A stretch of 27,089 bases of DNA from a virus (taxonomy: Duplodnaviria > Caudoviricetes), in the IMG/VR virus record IMGVR_UViG_3300046779_001217, positions 1-27,089 of that record; one strand, written 5' to 3'. The translations under genes and the position numbers were made by a program. Position 1 is the first letter of the stretch. The number at the start of each line of letters is the position of its first letter. This document shows, piece by piece, positions 1 through 8,005 of the stretch. The notes under the pieces are model-generated. The model did no database searches. It had not been told where the DNA came from and saw only the letters and a program-made list of their open reading frames with translations.

Positions 1-18
1 GTCTATAACCAAGGTCAT
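1..18 (-). CDS. Probable 5' start of a gene running off the left edge (MTLVID...)
   Basis: ATG at 18-16 with an open frame to the edge, 6 nt downstream of the -10 box of a consensus sigma70 promoter. Only 6 codons are visible. Confidence 0.45.
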
Positions 19-24
19 ACATAA

Positions 25-53
25 AGTATATTACCTGTATAATACTTTGTCAA
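25..53 (-). promoter_or_regulatory. sigma70-type (early) promoter TTGACA-17 nt-TATACT
   Basis: Minus strand reads TTGACA (53-48), a 17-nt spacer, then TATACT (30-25). It is embedded in the 3' end of the 31..870 gene. Confidence 0.75.
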
Positions 54-870
54 TAGTTCCTGCGGTCGGAATATGTTTAATTCTAAACCAGTTCCATTTG
101 CCTATAACGTTTTTGTAAGGTTCAGCAGTCGGATCAAAATTATTTGCGCCATTTTCAAATGCCGTGTCCGGAATATCGACCCATGTATCTGGATTAGATC
201 CCGGTTGAATATTACCTTGTATAATCACAGCGCCAGCATAACCTGTTGAGTAAAACTGGAATGTGTGCAAACTTGAGGATGTAGAAGTATTTGGATTTGC
301 GTCAATAATGCTGCTAAAATATTGTTCGTTGGGTGCAGGATGATCTATATCTACGTGTCTAGAAAATGCATCAACAACTGTACTAGATTGTAGTCTACCA
401 CTGATATCTCCACTTACTTCAATAGTTCCCACTACACCAAACTGACTGTCAACATACAACGGAGTTTTTGATGATACTGTATATTCGTCGGCGTTAATGG
501 CAACTCTTGTTTCTACATAGATAGCATATTGATAGAATCCCGGTTCAAGATCTAATAGATCAGATTCAGTGAGTGTAAAGTAAACTCTACCTCTACTAGC
601 ACTGCTGTCATCAGTACTAAGACCTTGTTTTTCTAGAATAAGTTCTTGAGTACCTCTACCAATGAGATTAAACATCACGTATTGATCAGAAAATATCTCT
701 ATTGCTTTTTGATCACCGTTACGAAGCTGTAGATCAATGCGATTGTCTACGCCTCTAAAGATTTTTAGGTTTCTTTGATACACTTTGCGATATCCTCCCG
801 TCCAGGAATCCAGCGCATTTGTAAACACGTCTATCTTGTTCGAATATAAATAAACTGGACTAAGTTGCAT
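31..870 (-). CDS. Hypothetical phage protein, 279 aa, possibly virion-associated
   Basis: Long ORF with beta-rich composition, preceded by a GATAAATA late-type box and a weak AAGG SD. No family motif recognised. Confidence 0.8.
   Translation of the reverse strand: MQLSPVYLYSNKIDVFTNALDSWTGGYRKVYQRNLKIFRGVDNRIDLQLRNGDQKAIEIFSDQYVMFNLIGRGTQELILEKQGLSTDDSSASRGRVYFTLTESDLLDLEPGFYQYAIYVETRVAINADEYTVSSKTPLYVDSQFGVVGTIEVSGDISGRLQSSTVVDAFSRHVDIDHPAPNEQYFSSIIDANPNTSTSSSLHTFQFYSTGYAGAVIIQGNIQPGSNPDTWVDIPDTAFENGANNFDPTAEPYKNVIGKWNWFRIKHIPTAGTIDKVLYR
845..852 (+). promoter_or_regulatory. T4-late-like promoter TATAAATA, candidate for the 898..1269 gene
   Basis: Exact T4 late consensus 45 nt upstream of the only plus-strand gene in this area. 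Confidence 0.45.
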
Positions 871-888
871 AATATGTGCCTTGTTTAA

Positions 889-896
889 TATTTATC
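889..896 (-). promoter_or_regulatory. Late-type promoter GATAAATA for the 31..870 gene
   Basis: Located in the 27-nt divergent intergenic gap. The same GATAAATA variant occurs at 16281 and 21633. Confidence 0.55.
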
Positions 897-897
897 T

Positions 898-1269
898 ATG
901 AGAATAACAGAAAATCTACAACAAAACTTTCCATTCATAAGTGTGATAAATCACGTCGATCAGGAATACGTTGGAATTATTATAAATCAAGATCAACAGA
1001 TCACCAGCCTCTACGACTATGCAGCTATAAAAAGCGATGTTGAAAAGCAGCGATTTTTAGAACTTGGCGAAGCCTGGTGGTGGGAATCAAACAGGCAAAT
1101 ACCTATTAATATTTTCCTTGCTAAAGAGATCTTAGAATTTAGATATGCTATCAAAAACTTTAGTACAAAAGACGTAAAACTTGTCTTTGGGCCATGTACT
1201 AGTTTAAATGATATTATTGTTAAAAGAATTAAGCGTAAATCTATTACGCTGTTGCGCAAACCTAGTTAA
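898..1269 (+). CDS. Hypothetical phage protein, 123 aa
   Basis: ORF fills the gap between two minus-strand genes and has protein-like sequence (WWWESNRQIPI; basic C-terminus). Its stop overlaps the stop of the next gene. Confidence 0.8.
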   Translation: MRITENLQQNFPFISVINHVDQEYVGIIINQDQQITSLYDYAAIKSDVEKQRFLELGEAWWWESNRQIPINIFLAKEILEFRYAIKNFSTKDVKLVFGPCTSLNDIIVKRIKRKSITLLRKPS

Positions 1270-1832
1270 TCTAGTTGTTCGCAGATTAAGTTCATCTGTA
1301 CAACCACCGCAGTAGCATAAGCGATTGCGTGGCTTTTCTTAAAATAGTATTCACCATCACTAGGTTTAGTCCAAACCTCATCTAGGACAGTTGTCCAATC
1401 TTTTCCAACCAAATATTTCTTTGCAGGGCGAATCATTGCCAATACTGCTGCCAACTGCTCAATAGACTTTGGCTGCATTTTTCTTAAAATAGATCCGTGA
1501 CCGTTTACATGAAATAGTAAACTACTAAACTCATCGTTGAATAAAAGTTCCCACAATGGTTCTTTATTCATTAGTCTAACTAGATGATCTTCGTCAGTAA
1601 CACCTTTGTATATTCCAACGTTTAAGAAATCAATTTTAAAATAGCCAAGCTCTTCAGCTTGATCGTATGTGATAGAACATACTCCGGCTCTAGCGTCAAC
1701 AGGAGCCTCATGTAGATAAACACCTGTGTTATGTTTTACTAACTTTTGATCTTCCAGTCGACTGGCAACGACATGATTAAACATCTTCAATGCTTGGTCT
1801 CTGTCAGTAAAGTCAATATCAATATCAGGCAT
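1266..1832 (-). CDS. dnaE: Miniature DNA polymerase III alpha (DnaE, C-family)-like protein, 188 aa
   Basis: DnaE motifs in the correct order: PDIDIDF (catalytic D-x-D), KHNTGV, GYFKIDFL (third Asp), QPKSIEQLAAVLAMIRP and FKKSHAIAYA. Confidence 0.85.
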   Translation of the reverse strand: MPDIDIDFTDRDQALKMFNHVVASRLEDQKLVKHNTGVYLHEAPVDARAGVCSITYDQAEELGYFKIDFLNVGIYKGVTDEDHLVRLMNKEPLWELLFNDEFSSLLFHVNGHGSILRKMQPKSIEQLAAVLAMIRPAKKYLVGKDWTTVLDEVWTKPSDGEYYFKKSHAIAYATAVVVQMNLICEQLD

Positions 1833-2014
1833 TAGTTAATCTTTTTCCAATGGCTAGGACCTTTTTCTGGATTATCATGTCCTATATATTTTTCACCAGT
1901 TTGCATATCTGTTAGCATATACTTTCTAGGACATTTTGTATAGACCTTTAAGGTAACTGCTTTTTCCAGATTAGGAACTTCTGTTCCATCTAGTAGTTTT
2001 CGATTTTCTTTCAT
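1832..2014 (-). CDS. Small hypothetical protein, 60 aa
   Basis: Overlaps both neighbours (ATGA at its start, TAATG at its end), consistent with translational coupling. Confidence 0.75.
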   Translation of the reverse strand: MKENRKLLDGTEVPNLEKAVTLKVYTKCPRKYMLTDMQTGEKYIGHDNPEKGPSHWKKIN

Positions 2015-2232
2015 TGTATTTTTGTGCTCTCGAACAGCAACAATGGCAATGTATCTGCTAAAAACTGTGCATACTCTTCAGCATCTTCCATATCGTCAAA
2101 TCCGCTAAACTTCACGTAGACTTCCGGAGCATCATCACTAACAACTACCTGTATATCGACATCATCTCTCGAAATAAACTCTTCGTTTTCAGCTAGCTCT
2201 TCTTCTACGTGATCATTTGTTTTTTTAGACAT
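2011..2232 (-). CDS. Small acidic hypothetical protein, about 73 aa (MSKKTND...)
   Basis: Start moved to ATG 2232, which forms a TAATG overlap with the upstream stop. Confidence 0.75.
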   Translation of the reverse strand: MSKKTNDHVEEELAENEEFISRDDVDIQVVVSDDAPEVYVKFSGFDDMEDAEEYAQFLADTLPLLLFESTKIQ

Positions 2233-2915
2233 TACAATATCTTCGCCTCCTTGACGACATCTTTTACTAACGCAAGGTCTGCAGGCAATGCTTTGAAACG
2301 TCTTAACCAAAACTGAGGATCGATAACTGGACCAACAATAGCCAGTTGTTCATCATTCATGTTCTTGAGCATCTCCTTTCCAGACTTGGTATTTAACAGT
2401 ATCCAAGGACTGATGAGGCCTTCTTTGATATCGTGTGTCACTCTATTAAGATTAACATAGGCAAAGTAATGCTCCCACTGCGCATTATTTTTTTCACCCC
2501 AATCTATCATTGTCTGTATTGTTCTCTGTATTGCACCGTCAGCTGGTTCTATCTTAATGAGCTCGCTTATGTATTGATCATACAACTCATCGCGACACCA
2601 GTGGTCTAGTTTAACACCGCTCTTGATTACAAAGTCAACAAACCTCTCTGGGTAGATGGGGGAGGTATTAGCCATAAAGCTACCAAACTTTACAAATGCT
2701 GTATAGTAGGGACTGGACGCAAACTCTTCAAATGTCTTAGGCTTCGTGGATTTTTGTGTAAGCTCATAAAAACGCTGATAGGTCATTAGACCCATCTGTA
2801 CATGCTTCTCACCTTTGCTTAGGTGTCTGCGTTTTTGCTCACAAATATGAACTACCAAAGTTTTTTCTTTGGCAAACAGTTTCCCGCAGTGTTCACATTT
2901 ATAACTTAATTCCAT
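2232..2915 (-). CDS. Hypothetical protein with N-terminal C2H2-type zinc finger, about 227 aa
   Basis: YKCEHCGKLFAKEKTLVVHIC matches Y-x-C-x2-C-x3-F-x5-L-x2-H. Start moved to ATG 2915, giving a short overlap with the upstream gene. Confidence 0.75.
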   Translation of the reverse strand: MELSYKCEHCGKLFAKEKTLVVHICEQKRRHLSKGEKHVQMGLMTYQRFYELTQKSTKPKTFEEFASSPYYTAFVKFGSFMANTSPIYPERFVDFVIKSGVKLDHWCRDELYDQYISELIKIEPADGAIQRTIQTMIDWGEKNNAQWEHYFAYVNLNRVTHDIKEGLISPWILLNTKSGKEMLKNMNDEQLAIVGPVIDPQFWLRRFKALPADLALVKDVVKEAKIL

Positions 2916-3375
2916 TGATTTCTTTTTTATCCCAGCCAAGGTCTCGACAATGTTGTTTGATTTCTTCAGTTGTGGTGATTGCTGCAAGTGTTTCAAGATC
3001 TGCTCTTTTCATTAATGGAAATAAGTTTGCTAAGAATTCTGTTTTCTTATCTTTCTTTGTTTTTAATGGAATGTATTCGTGAAAGTATGTTTTCTTACTT
3101 TCATGAGCACATAAGCACAAGGTCATCCATTGCAGTTTAGGATGTTTTTGTATAGATGCCCAGTTTTTATTGTAGAACTCATTTACAGTTAACAGAAAGT
3201 GTTCTTGCAGTTCTCTGTTATTGGTCTTTACATTACTAATATATCTAGTAAGATTCCACAGGTCATTCTTTATTTCTTTCTGTGCATCTTCATCGACTGC
3301 ATCCCACAGTCCCATGATACCCATATCTACTGAAGGTATAATATCTTTAAAAAGGTCTACGTGCTTATTTGCCAT
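2899..3375 (-). CDS. Possible clamp-loader small subunit (T4 gp62-like), 158 aa
   Basis: Size, helical pattern (LTRYIS...FHEYIPLK...FLANLFP) and replication-gene context recall gp62. The resemblance is weak; the ORF itself is secure. Confidence 0.45.
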   Translation of the reverse strand: MANKHVDLFKDIIPSVDMGIMGLWDAVDEDAQKEIKNDLWNLTRYISNVKTNNRELQEHFLLTVNEFYNKNWASIQKHPKLQWMTLCLCAHESKKTYFHEYIPLKTKKDKKTEFLANLFPLMKRADLETLAAITTTEEIKQHCRDLGWDKKEINGIKL

Positions 3376-3610
3376 CTTCTTTACTCAAGTAATATAACAT
3401 TTTAGCACGATCGAGAACCTCTTGCAAGGCAGAATTAGACTTACCCGCTCGAACTATTTCTTCCCAAAGATGTAGTTCATCTTTAAGATACCGTTCATAA
3501 TCTCTACCGATTTCAATACGTTCACTATGTGGGGCTCCGAACTCTCTAGCATAGGTTATGCCGTCTGCCTTTTCATAGATATATTGTGCTCCGGGTTTAA
3601 GTTGTCCCAT
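3365..3610 (-). CDS. Hypothetical protein, 81 aa
   Basis: Overlaps both neighbours in the operon and has protein-like sequence. Confidence 0.75.
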   Translation of the reverse strand: MGQLKPGAQYIYEKADGITYAREFGAPHSERIEIGRDYERYLKDELHLWEEIVRAGKSNSALQEVLDRAKMLYYLSKEDGK

Positions 3611-4418
3611 ATTTTAACAAATCCTTCATAGAATAGATTTTTTGCATATAAGGAGAAACATTGTCTAACACAGTCTTTTCTAAATCTCCAGGTCTTCTAG
3701 ATAATACATTAACATTAAAATCTACACCGTTAGTTTCTTTAAACAGCGATATGATTTCTTTTACAGTTAGTCCAACACCATGACCCAAGTTTTCTAGTTT
3801 ATTTGACGGATTCTCGATTGCCATTTTTATAGATTCGCAAATCTCCATAACATGAACATAGTCTCTTACACAGGTTCCGTCTGGTGTTGAATAATCGTCA
3901 CCATATAGATTAAACGTGCCTGAATCAACAGCCTTTATTAGATTAAAGAATAGTCCGTCGGGATTAGTTGGTTGGAATCCTTCGGATCCAATAACGTTAT
4001 AGAATCTAAAGGTTGTGAATGTTTTATTATTATCTACACAATACTTTTCAACAATATCTTCGGCACATCTCTTAGAAAGTGCATAAGGACAAGTAGGCTG
4101 CGATGCTGTACCAGTTGATGCAAATATAAAGTTATTAAAAGATATATTTTCTAAAACTGACAATGTCCCTATAATGTTTGTGTAGTAATAGTTTATAGGA
4201 TCATTAACAGAATCGCCAACATTAACCAATGCTGCTAGATGTATAATAGTATCAAACTCTTGTGCAATCGAAAATGGATGAGTAATATCCAAATGATAAA
4301 ACTTATTCATTGATTTTTTAGAAATATCTAAACCAGTTATTTGATATTCAGATGATAATAACTGAACCAAATGCTGACCGATATAACCAGAGGAGCCTGT
4401 TACTAGAATCTTTTTCAT
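3597..4418 (-). CDS. NAD-dependent epimerase/dehydratase (UDP-glucose 4-epimerase-like SDR)
   Basis: Rossmann motif ILVTGSSGYIG, HLAA, catalytic YALSK (YxxxK), FRFYNV, DGTCVRDYVHV and RRPGD. Confidence 0.9.
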   Translation of the reverse strand: MKKILVTGSSGYIGQHLVQLLSSEYQITGLDISKKSMNKFYHLDITHPFSIAQEFDTIIHLAALVNVGDSVNDPINYYYTNIIGTLSVLENISFNNFIFASTGTASQPTCPYALSKRCAEDIVEKYCVDNNKTFTTFRFYNVIGSEGFQPTNPDGLFFNLIKAVDSGTFNLYGDDYSTPDGTCVRDYVHVMEICESIKMAIENPSNKLENLGHGVGLTVKEIISLFKETNGVDFNVNVLSRRPGDLEKTVLDNVSPYMQKIYSMKDLLKYGTT

Positions 4419-4984
4419 TATCGTTTGATAAAAATCATTCCGTTTCTTGCAATGTGCTTTCCGCCATCCTGTGCCGCTAACTTTTGAATTTCGGCAGTAT
4501 CTTCAACAGACAACGAAAATCCTCTAGCGTCTAAATGTTTAATCCAGTATTCGCTAGGCTGACAGTTAACATGATGCCATCCGCGCTGTCCAGGTACAGC
4601 GTGTGTCATTAACAAATATTTTCCTTGGCATAGAGTTGTTAATAGATTATCTAAAAACTTTTCTTCAATATGCTCTACTACTTCAATACAGTTTACAAAG
4701 TCAACTGGATTAACAAATGCACCTTCAGTCAAATCATGCAATGATGTTGAAACAATAGCATTGTCAACATTTTCTTTTAGACCTTCGATAGCTGTAACTG
4801 TTAGTCCTTGATTACTGAACCATTGAGCTGCATACCCTCTACCAGAACCTACATCCATAACAGATTTAACATTGTATTTTTTTACAACATAATCCCAAGC
4901 CGAAGGACACCACGTAGCGGGATCTCCTCCTGCAAAGTTACCACCTAGATGTGGCTTAGATTCATCTACAACATACTTTCCCAT
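4418..4984 (-). CDS. Class I SAM-dependent methyltransferase
   Basis: Motif I VMDVGSGRG, plus CIEVVEHI and GWHHVNCQ-type motifs seen in methyltransferases of glycan gene clusters. Confidence 0.85.
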   Translation of the reverse strand: MGKYVVDESKPHLGGNFAGGDPATWCPSAWDYVVKKYNVKSVMDVGSGRGYAAQWFSNQGLTVTAIEGLKENVDNAIVSTSLHDLTEGAFVNPVDFVNCIEVVEHIEEKFLDNLLTTLCQGKYLLMTHAVPGQRGWHHVNCQPSEYWIKHLDARGFSLSVEDTAEIQKLAAQDGGKHIARNGMIFIKR

Positions 4985-4985
4985 A

Positions 4986-5651
4986 TTAATCCTTTTTTCT
5001 ATATTCTTCGGCTAATGCAGCAAACTTCTTTTTAAATTTCCTACTGCCTTTTCCTGTCCATACAAAGGACGACGGTTGTGATGTAAAGTCACTATACCTT
5101 AGATCCATCATATCGATTTCTTTATTCTTCAACATGTTATCGAGTATTTCTTGATCTAAGAACCATCTTAATGAATCTTTGTGCTCTAGTAGTTTTTCTC
5201 GATATAGGTGTCGAACATTATCTTTTCCAAAGCCTAATGCACTGCCTAAACTAGCATTATCTTCGCCCCTAACAGTTACCCAACTGTTTTCTAAATCTGC
5301 ATCAAATGTAGATTCTGATAAATCATTTTTAAATAGACTATCTGAATCAATGGCAATAACAGAAGTGTTGTCGTTATATATTTCTGGAAGTCGAATGAAT
5401 CGAGTAGTAACCCAATAACCTTTCTTTGTATCATCATTAAGACAATACTGCTCGGGAGTAACTTCGGTAGTTATCGAAACTTCGTTCTTTACACACCATG
5501 CCACATCGTCATCTGTTGCATCAAAGATGTGAACATGGATATGCGCCCATGGTGCATGGATCTTAGCACTTTTTATAAAAAGTTTTGTCCATTCGTTGAA
5601 ATAGACAGTGTCACTAGGACAATAAAATCCTTTTTTATCTATCAACGACAT
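4986..5651 (-). CDS. Putative GT-A glycosyltransferase / nucleotide-diphospho-sugar transferase
   Basis: RFIRLP...VIAIDSDSL (DxD) and WFLDQEIL motifs, in a sugar-modification context. Confidence 0.6.
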   Translation of the reverse strand: MSLIDKKGFYCPSDTVYFNEWTKLFIKSAKIHAPWAHIHVHIFDATDDDVAWCVKNEVSITTEVTPEQYCLNDDTKKGYWVTTRFIRLPEIYNDNTSVIAIDSDSLFKNDLSESTFDADLENSWVTVRGEDNASLGSALGFGKDNVRHLYREKLLEHKDSLRWFLDQEILDNMLKNKEIDMMDLRYSDFTSQPSSFVWTGKGSRKFKKKFAALAEEYRKKD

Positions 5652-5995
5652 TACTTTGCGTGACCTACAGTTTCACGTTCGATATCGTCGTGATCAAACT
5701 CTGCCCAATACAGTTCAAAAGCAATGCAATCTGTTACAGCTTCGAATTGGTGATATTCACCAGGTGCAACCTTTGTGTATTGCCCTGCTTTGAGTAATGT
5801 CTCGTCAACTAAATCGTAGTTGTTCTTCCAAACACGAATAATCATTTCGCCCTTCTCTACAAAGAAACCATTCCATTTGTATTTGTGCGTATGTTTTGAA
5901 CAAACTCCGCCTTTCTTAGCTTCGATACGGTGAAACTCAAGAACACCGTTAGCTTCCAATAATTCTGTTTGTCCCCAAACTTTACCTGCTTTCAT
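5651..5995 (-). CDS. Cupin-domain protein (mannose-6-phosphate isomerase-like)
   Basis: Cupin motifs CSKHTHKYKWNGFFVEKG and VAPGEYHQF, N-terminal KVWG, and an AAGGA SD upstream. Confidence 0.8.
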   Translation of the reverse strand: MKAGKVWGQTELLEANGVLEFHRIEAKKGGVCSKHTHKYKWNGFFVEKGEMIIRVWKNNYDLVDETLLKAGQYTKVAPGEYHQFEAVTDCIAFELYWAEFDHDDIERETVGHAK

Positions 5996-6014
5996 AACAA
6001 TCCTTTATAAAATC

Positions 6015-6521
6015 TTAAATGACACGATGTAGTTGTAAAATCTCACTTTGTCTACTAACTTCTTTAACAAAATATGCACAAGGTGGATTGGGTCCATCAT
6101 GCAATGGCACTGTTAACAGTTGACCATTTTTCATCTTTGGAAAATACCACTTGACATCTTGAAAGATATTTACAATCTCAATTGGCATATATTCACACTT
6201 AAATCCTTTTACAGGATTAAAAATAAATGCGTCAAATCCTCGTTCGTTAATACTGGTTAATGGCAGCACTTCCGGATCTAATCCACAGTCCTTATCTCCA
6301 ACAACCATGCACCAATCTAAAGGCATCTGTACTTCATACCCGCCTATATTTAACAGTATTGCAGGGCTGTTAAACGATTCAAGAAATATCAACGGCATAA
6401 AATAAAAATCAGGATCGTTCGGATTACTGTTATCTAATACTGAAAATCTAGTATCTTCATCTACTTCGTCTGGTAGATCATTTAGATCAAATGACCTGTT
6501 GTTTAATGTTAAAATTCTCAT
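6015..6521 (-). CDS. Hypothetical protein, 168 aa
   Basis: ATGA overlap with the helicase stop and a beta-rich sequence. Confidence 0.8.
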   Translation of the reverse strand: MRILTLNNRSFDLNDLPDEVDEDTRFSVLDNSNPNDPDFYFMPLIFLESFNSPAILLNIGGYEVQMPLDWCMVVGDKDCGLDPEVLPLTSINERGFDAFIFNPVKGFKCEYMPIEIVNIFQDVKWYFPKMKNGQLLTVPLHDGPNPPCAYFVKEVSRQSEILQLHRVI

Positions 6522-8005
6522 ATGTTTACCTTGGTTATTGTAAAAGGATACTTTGCATCCTTATAATACTTCTTTCGCTCTGTTAGATGACGCTTTGCAT
6601 ATTTGCAAGTTGATGTTATGTCCCAGATTTCGACGTGGTCTTTGTCCGCCGCTTTTCTAATACCTCGCCCAATAGATTGTATAACCCGGACAAAGCTCTT
6701 TCCGGGCTCCACAAGAACCAGATTAAAAATCCGAGGAATATTAATCCCCACAGCGGCCACACCATAAGTCGCCACAATAATCTTGTTATTAGCTGTACGT
6801 ATTTCATCATACTCTTCTTTTCTGTCGTCAAGTTTTACACTACCATTGATGAACGCAACTTCTGGCTTGCCTTCTTTGATGGTACCAAATAATGTTGATA
6901 GTTCTTTTACAATAATGTTACCAGTTTCGATTCTGTTCACTAACACTAATGTATTGCCTGTTAGAGACAGCTCTTTGATCTTAGTCGACATCCAAGCCAT
7001 TCTATGCGGATCAGTTACAAGGAAACTATTTTCTTCTGCATAGCTTCTAAATACCTGTATGTCTGTAGTCTGCAAAATGTTGATGTGTAGATTTGACAAC
7101 ACACCTTTTTCCTGTAGATCATTTGCAGATACTTGATTGATAACAGGACCAATACTGGCTAAGATGCCTTGAAACTCCCATGCTTCTTTAGGCACAGTTC
7201 CAGTAAGACCCCAACGAATAGCACAGTTCTTAAAGTTTTGTGTAAGTAACTTTGTTAAGACTTCTGCCTTTGCCTGGTGAACTTCGTCAACAATAATAGC
7301 CGAAACACCTTCTGTAAACTCTGCCAATGACAATGCGTCTTCGTCGTAACTATTTTTATCAAGTACATTAAGACTTTGCCAAGTGCAGATAGTGTGAGTC
7401 TTATTCAACTCTTTTCTGTCACCAAAGTATACACCAACATCCAGCCCTAGATTTCGATAGTCTTCTTCAGTTTGAACTACAAGACTCTTGTTGGGAACAA
7501 TGACCATTGTACGCCCGTAAGGCTCGCATAAATGACTTAACGTGGCAGTAGTGATAGTCTTGCCTGCCCCTGTAGCAACTTCTTGTAGTGCTTGTGGATT
7601 TTCTAAGAACTTGTTAACAACATCGTATTGATAGTCACGTAGGACAATCGGCTTACCTGCTTCCGGATGTCCCTTAGGCCATGTCTTGCCTTTGTCTGCC
7701 CAATAGTTTTCAGTGATAGGAGCAAACTTAAAGTCATGAGGAAAGCGATGATCCTCTACTTCAATCTCATAGCCTTCACTTTCAACAATAGGCAATATGA
7801 TATCTAGATGTGCAAGATATCCGTTACCGCCAATGCCAAAGTAGCTCTTAGTGCCATCCCATCTACCTAACTTGTAAGCAGGCATATGACGAGCATATGG
7901 CAAGTCATACTTGAGCTTGTTGGCAATCTTGCGTCTTGATTCGACTGCTAATCCGTCTAGTTTTATGTTTACTTCATCTTTAATAATAAGTTTACAGGTT
8001 GACAA
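6518..8005 (-). CDS. uvsW: UvsW-like superfamily 2 DNA helicase
   Basis: Q-motif LRDYQ, Walker A ATGAGKT, DEVH, motif III GLTGT and motif VI QSIGRGIR, with the UvsW-type N-terminal WDG motif. Confidence 0.9.
   Translation of the reverse strand: MSTCKLIIKDEVNIKLDGLAVESRRKIANKLKYDLPYARHMPAYKLGRWDGTKSYFGIGGNGYLAHLDIILPIVESEGYEIEVEDHRFPHDFKFAPITENYWADKGKTWPKGHPEAGKPIVLRDYQYDVVNKFLENPQALQEVATGAGKTITTATLSHLCEPYGRTMVIVPNKSLVVQTEEDYRNLGLDVGVYFGDRKELNKTHTICTWQSLNVLDKNSYDEDALSLAEFTEGVSAIIVDEVHQAKAEVLTKLLTQNFKNCAIRWGLTGTVPKEAWEFQGILASIGPVINQVSANDLQEKGVLSNLHINILQTTDIQVFRSYAEENSFLVTDPHRMAWMSTKIKELSLTGNTLVLVNRIETGNIIVKELSTLFGTIKEGKPEVAFINGSVKLDDRKEEYDEIRTANNKIIVATYGVAAVGINIPRIFNLVLVEPGKSFVRVIQSIGRGIRKAADKDHVEIWDITSTCKYAKRHLTERKKYYKDAKYPFTITKVNI

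Noticed and set aside
1266-1832. mini-dnaE as a pseudogene or an intron/intein-split fragment
   Set aside because: There are no frameshifts or stops, motifs from distant parts of DnaE are joined in one frame, the start is coupled to the upstream gene, and no intron or intein sequence is adjacent.
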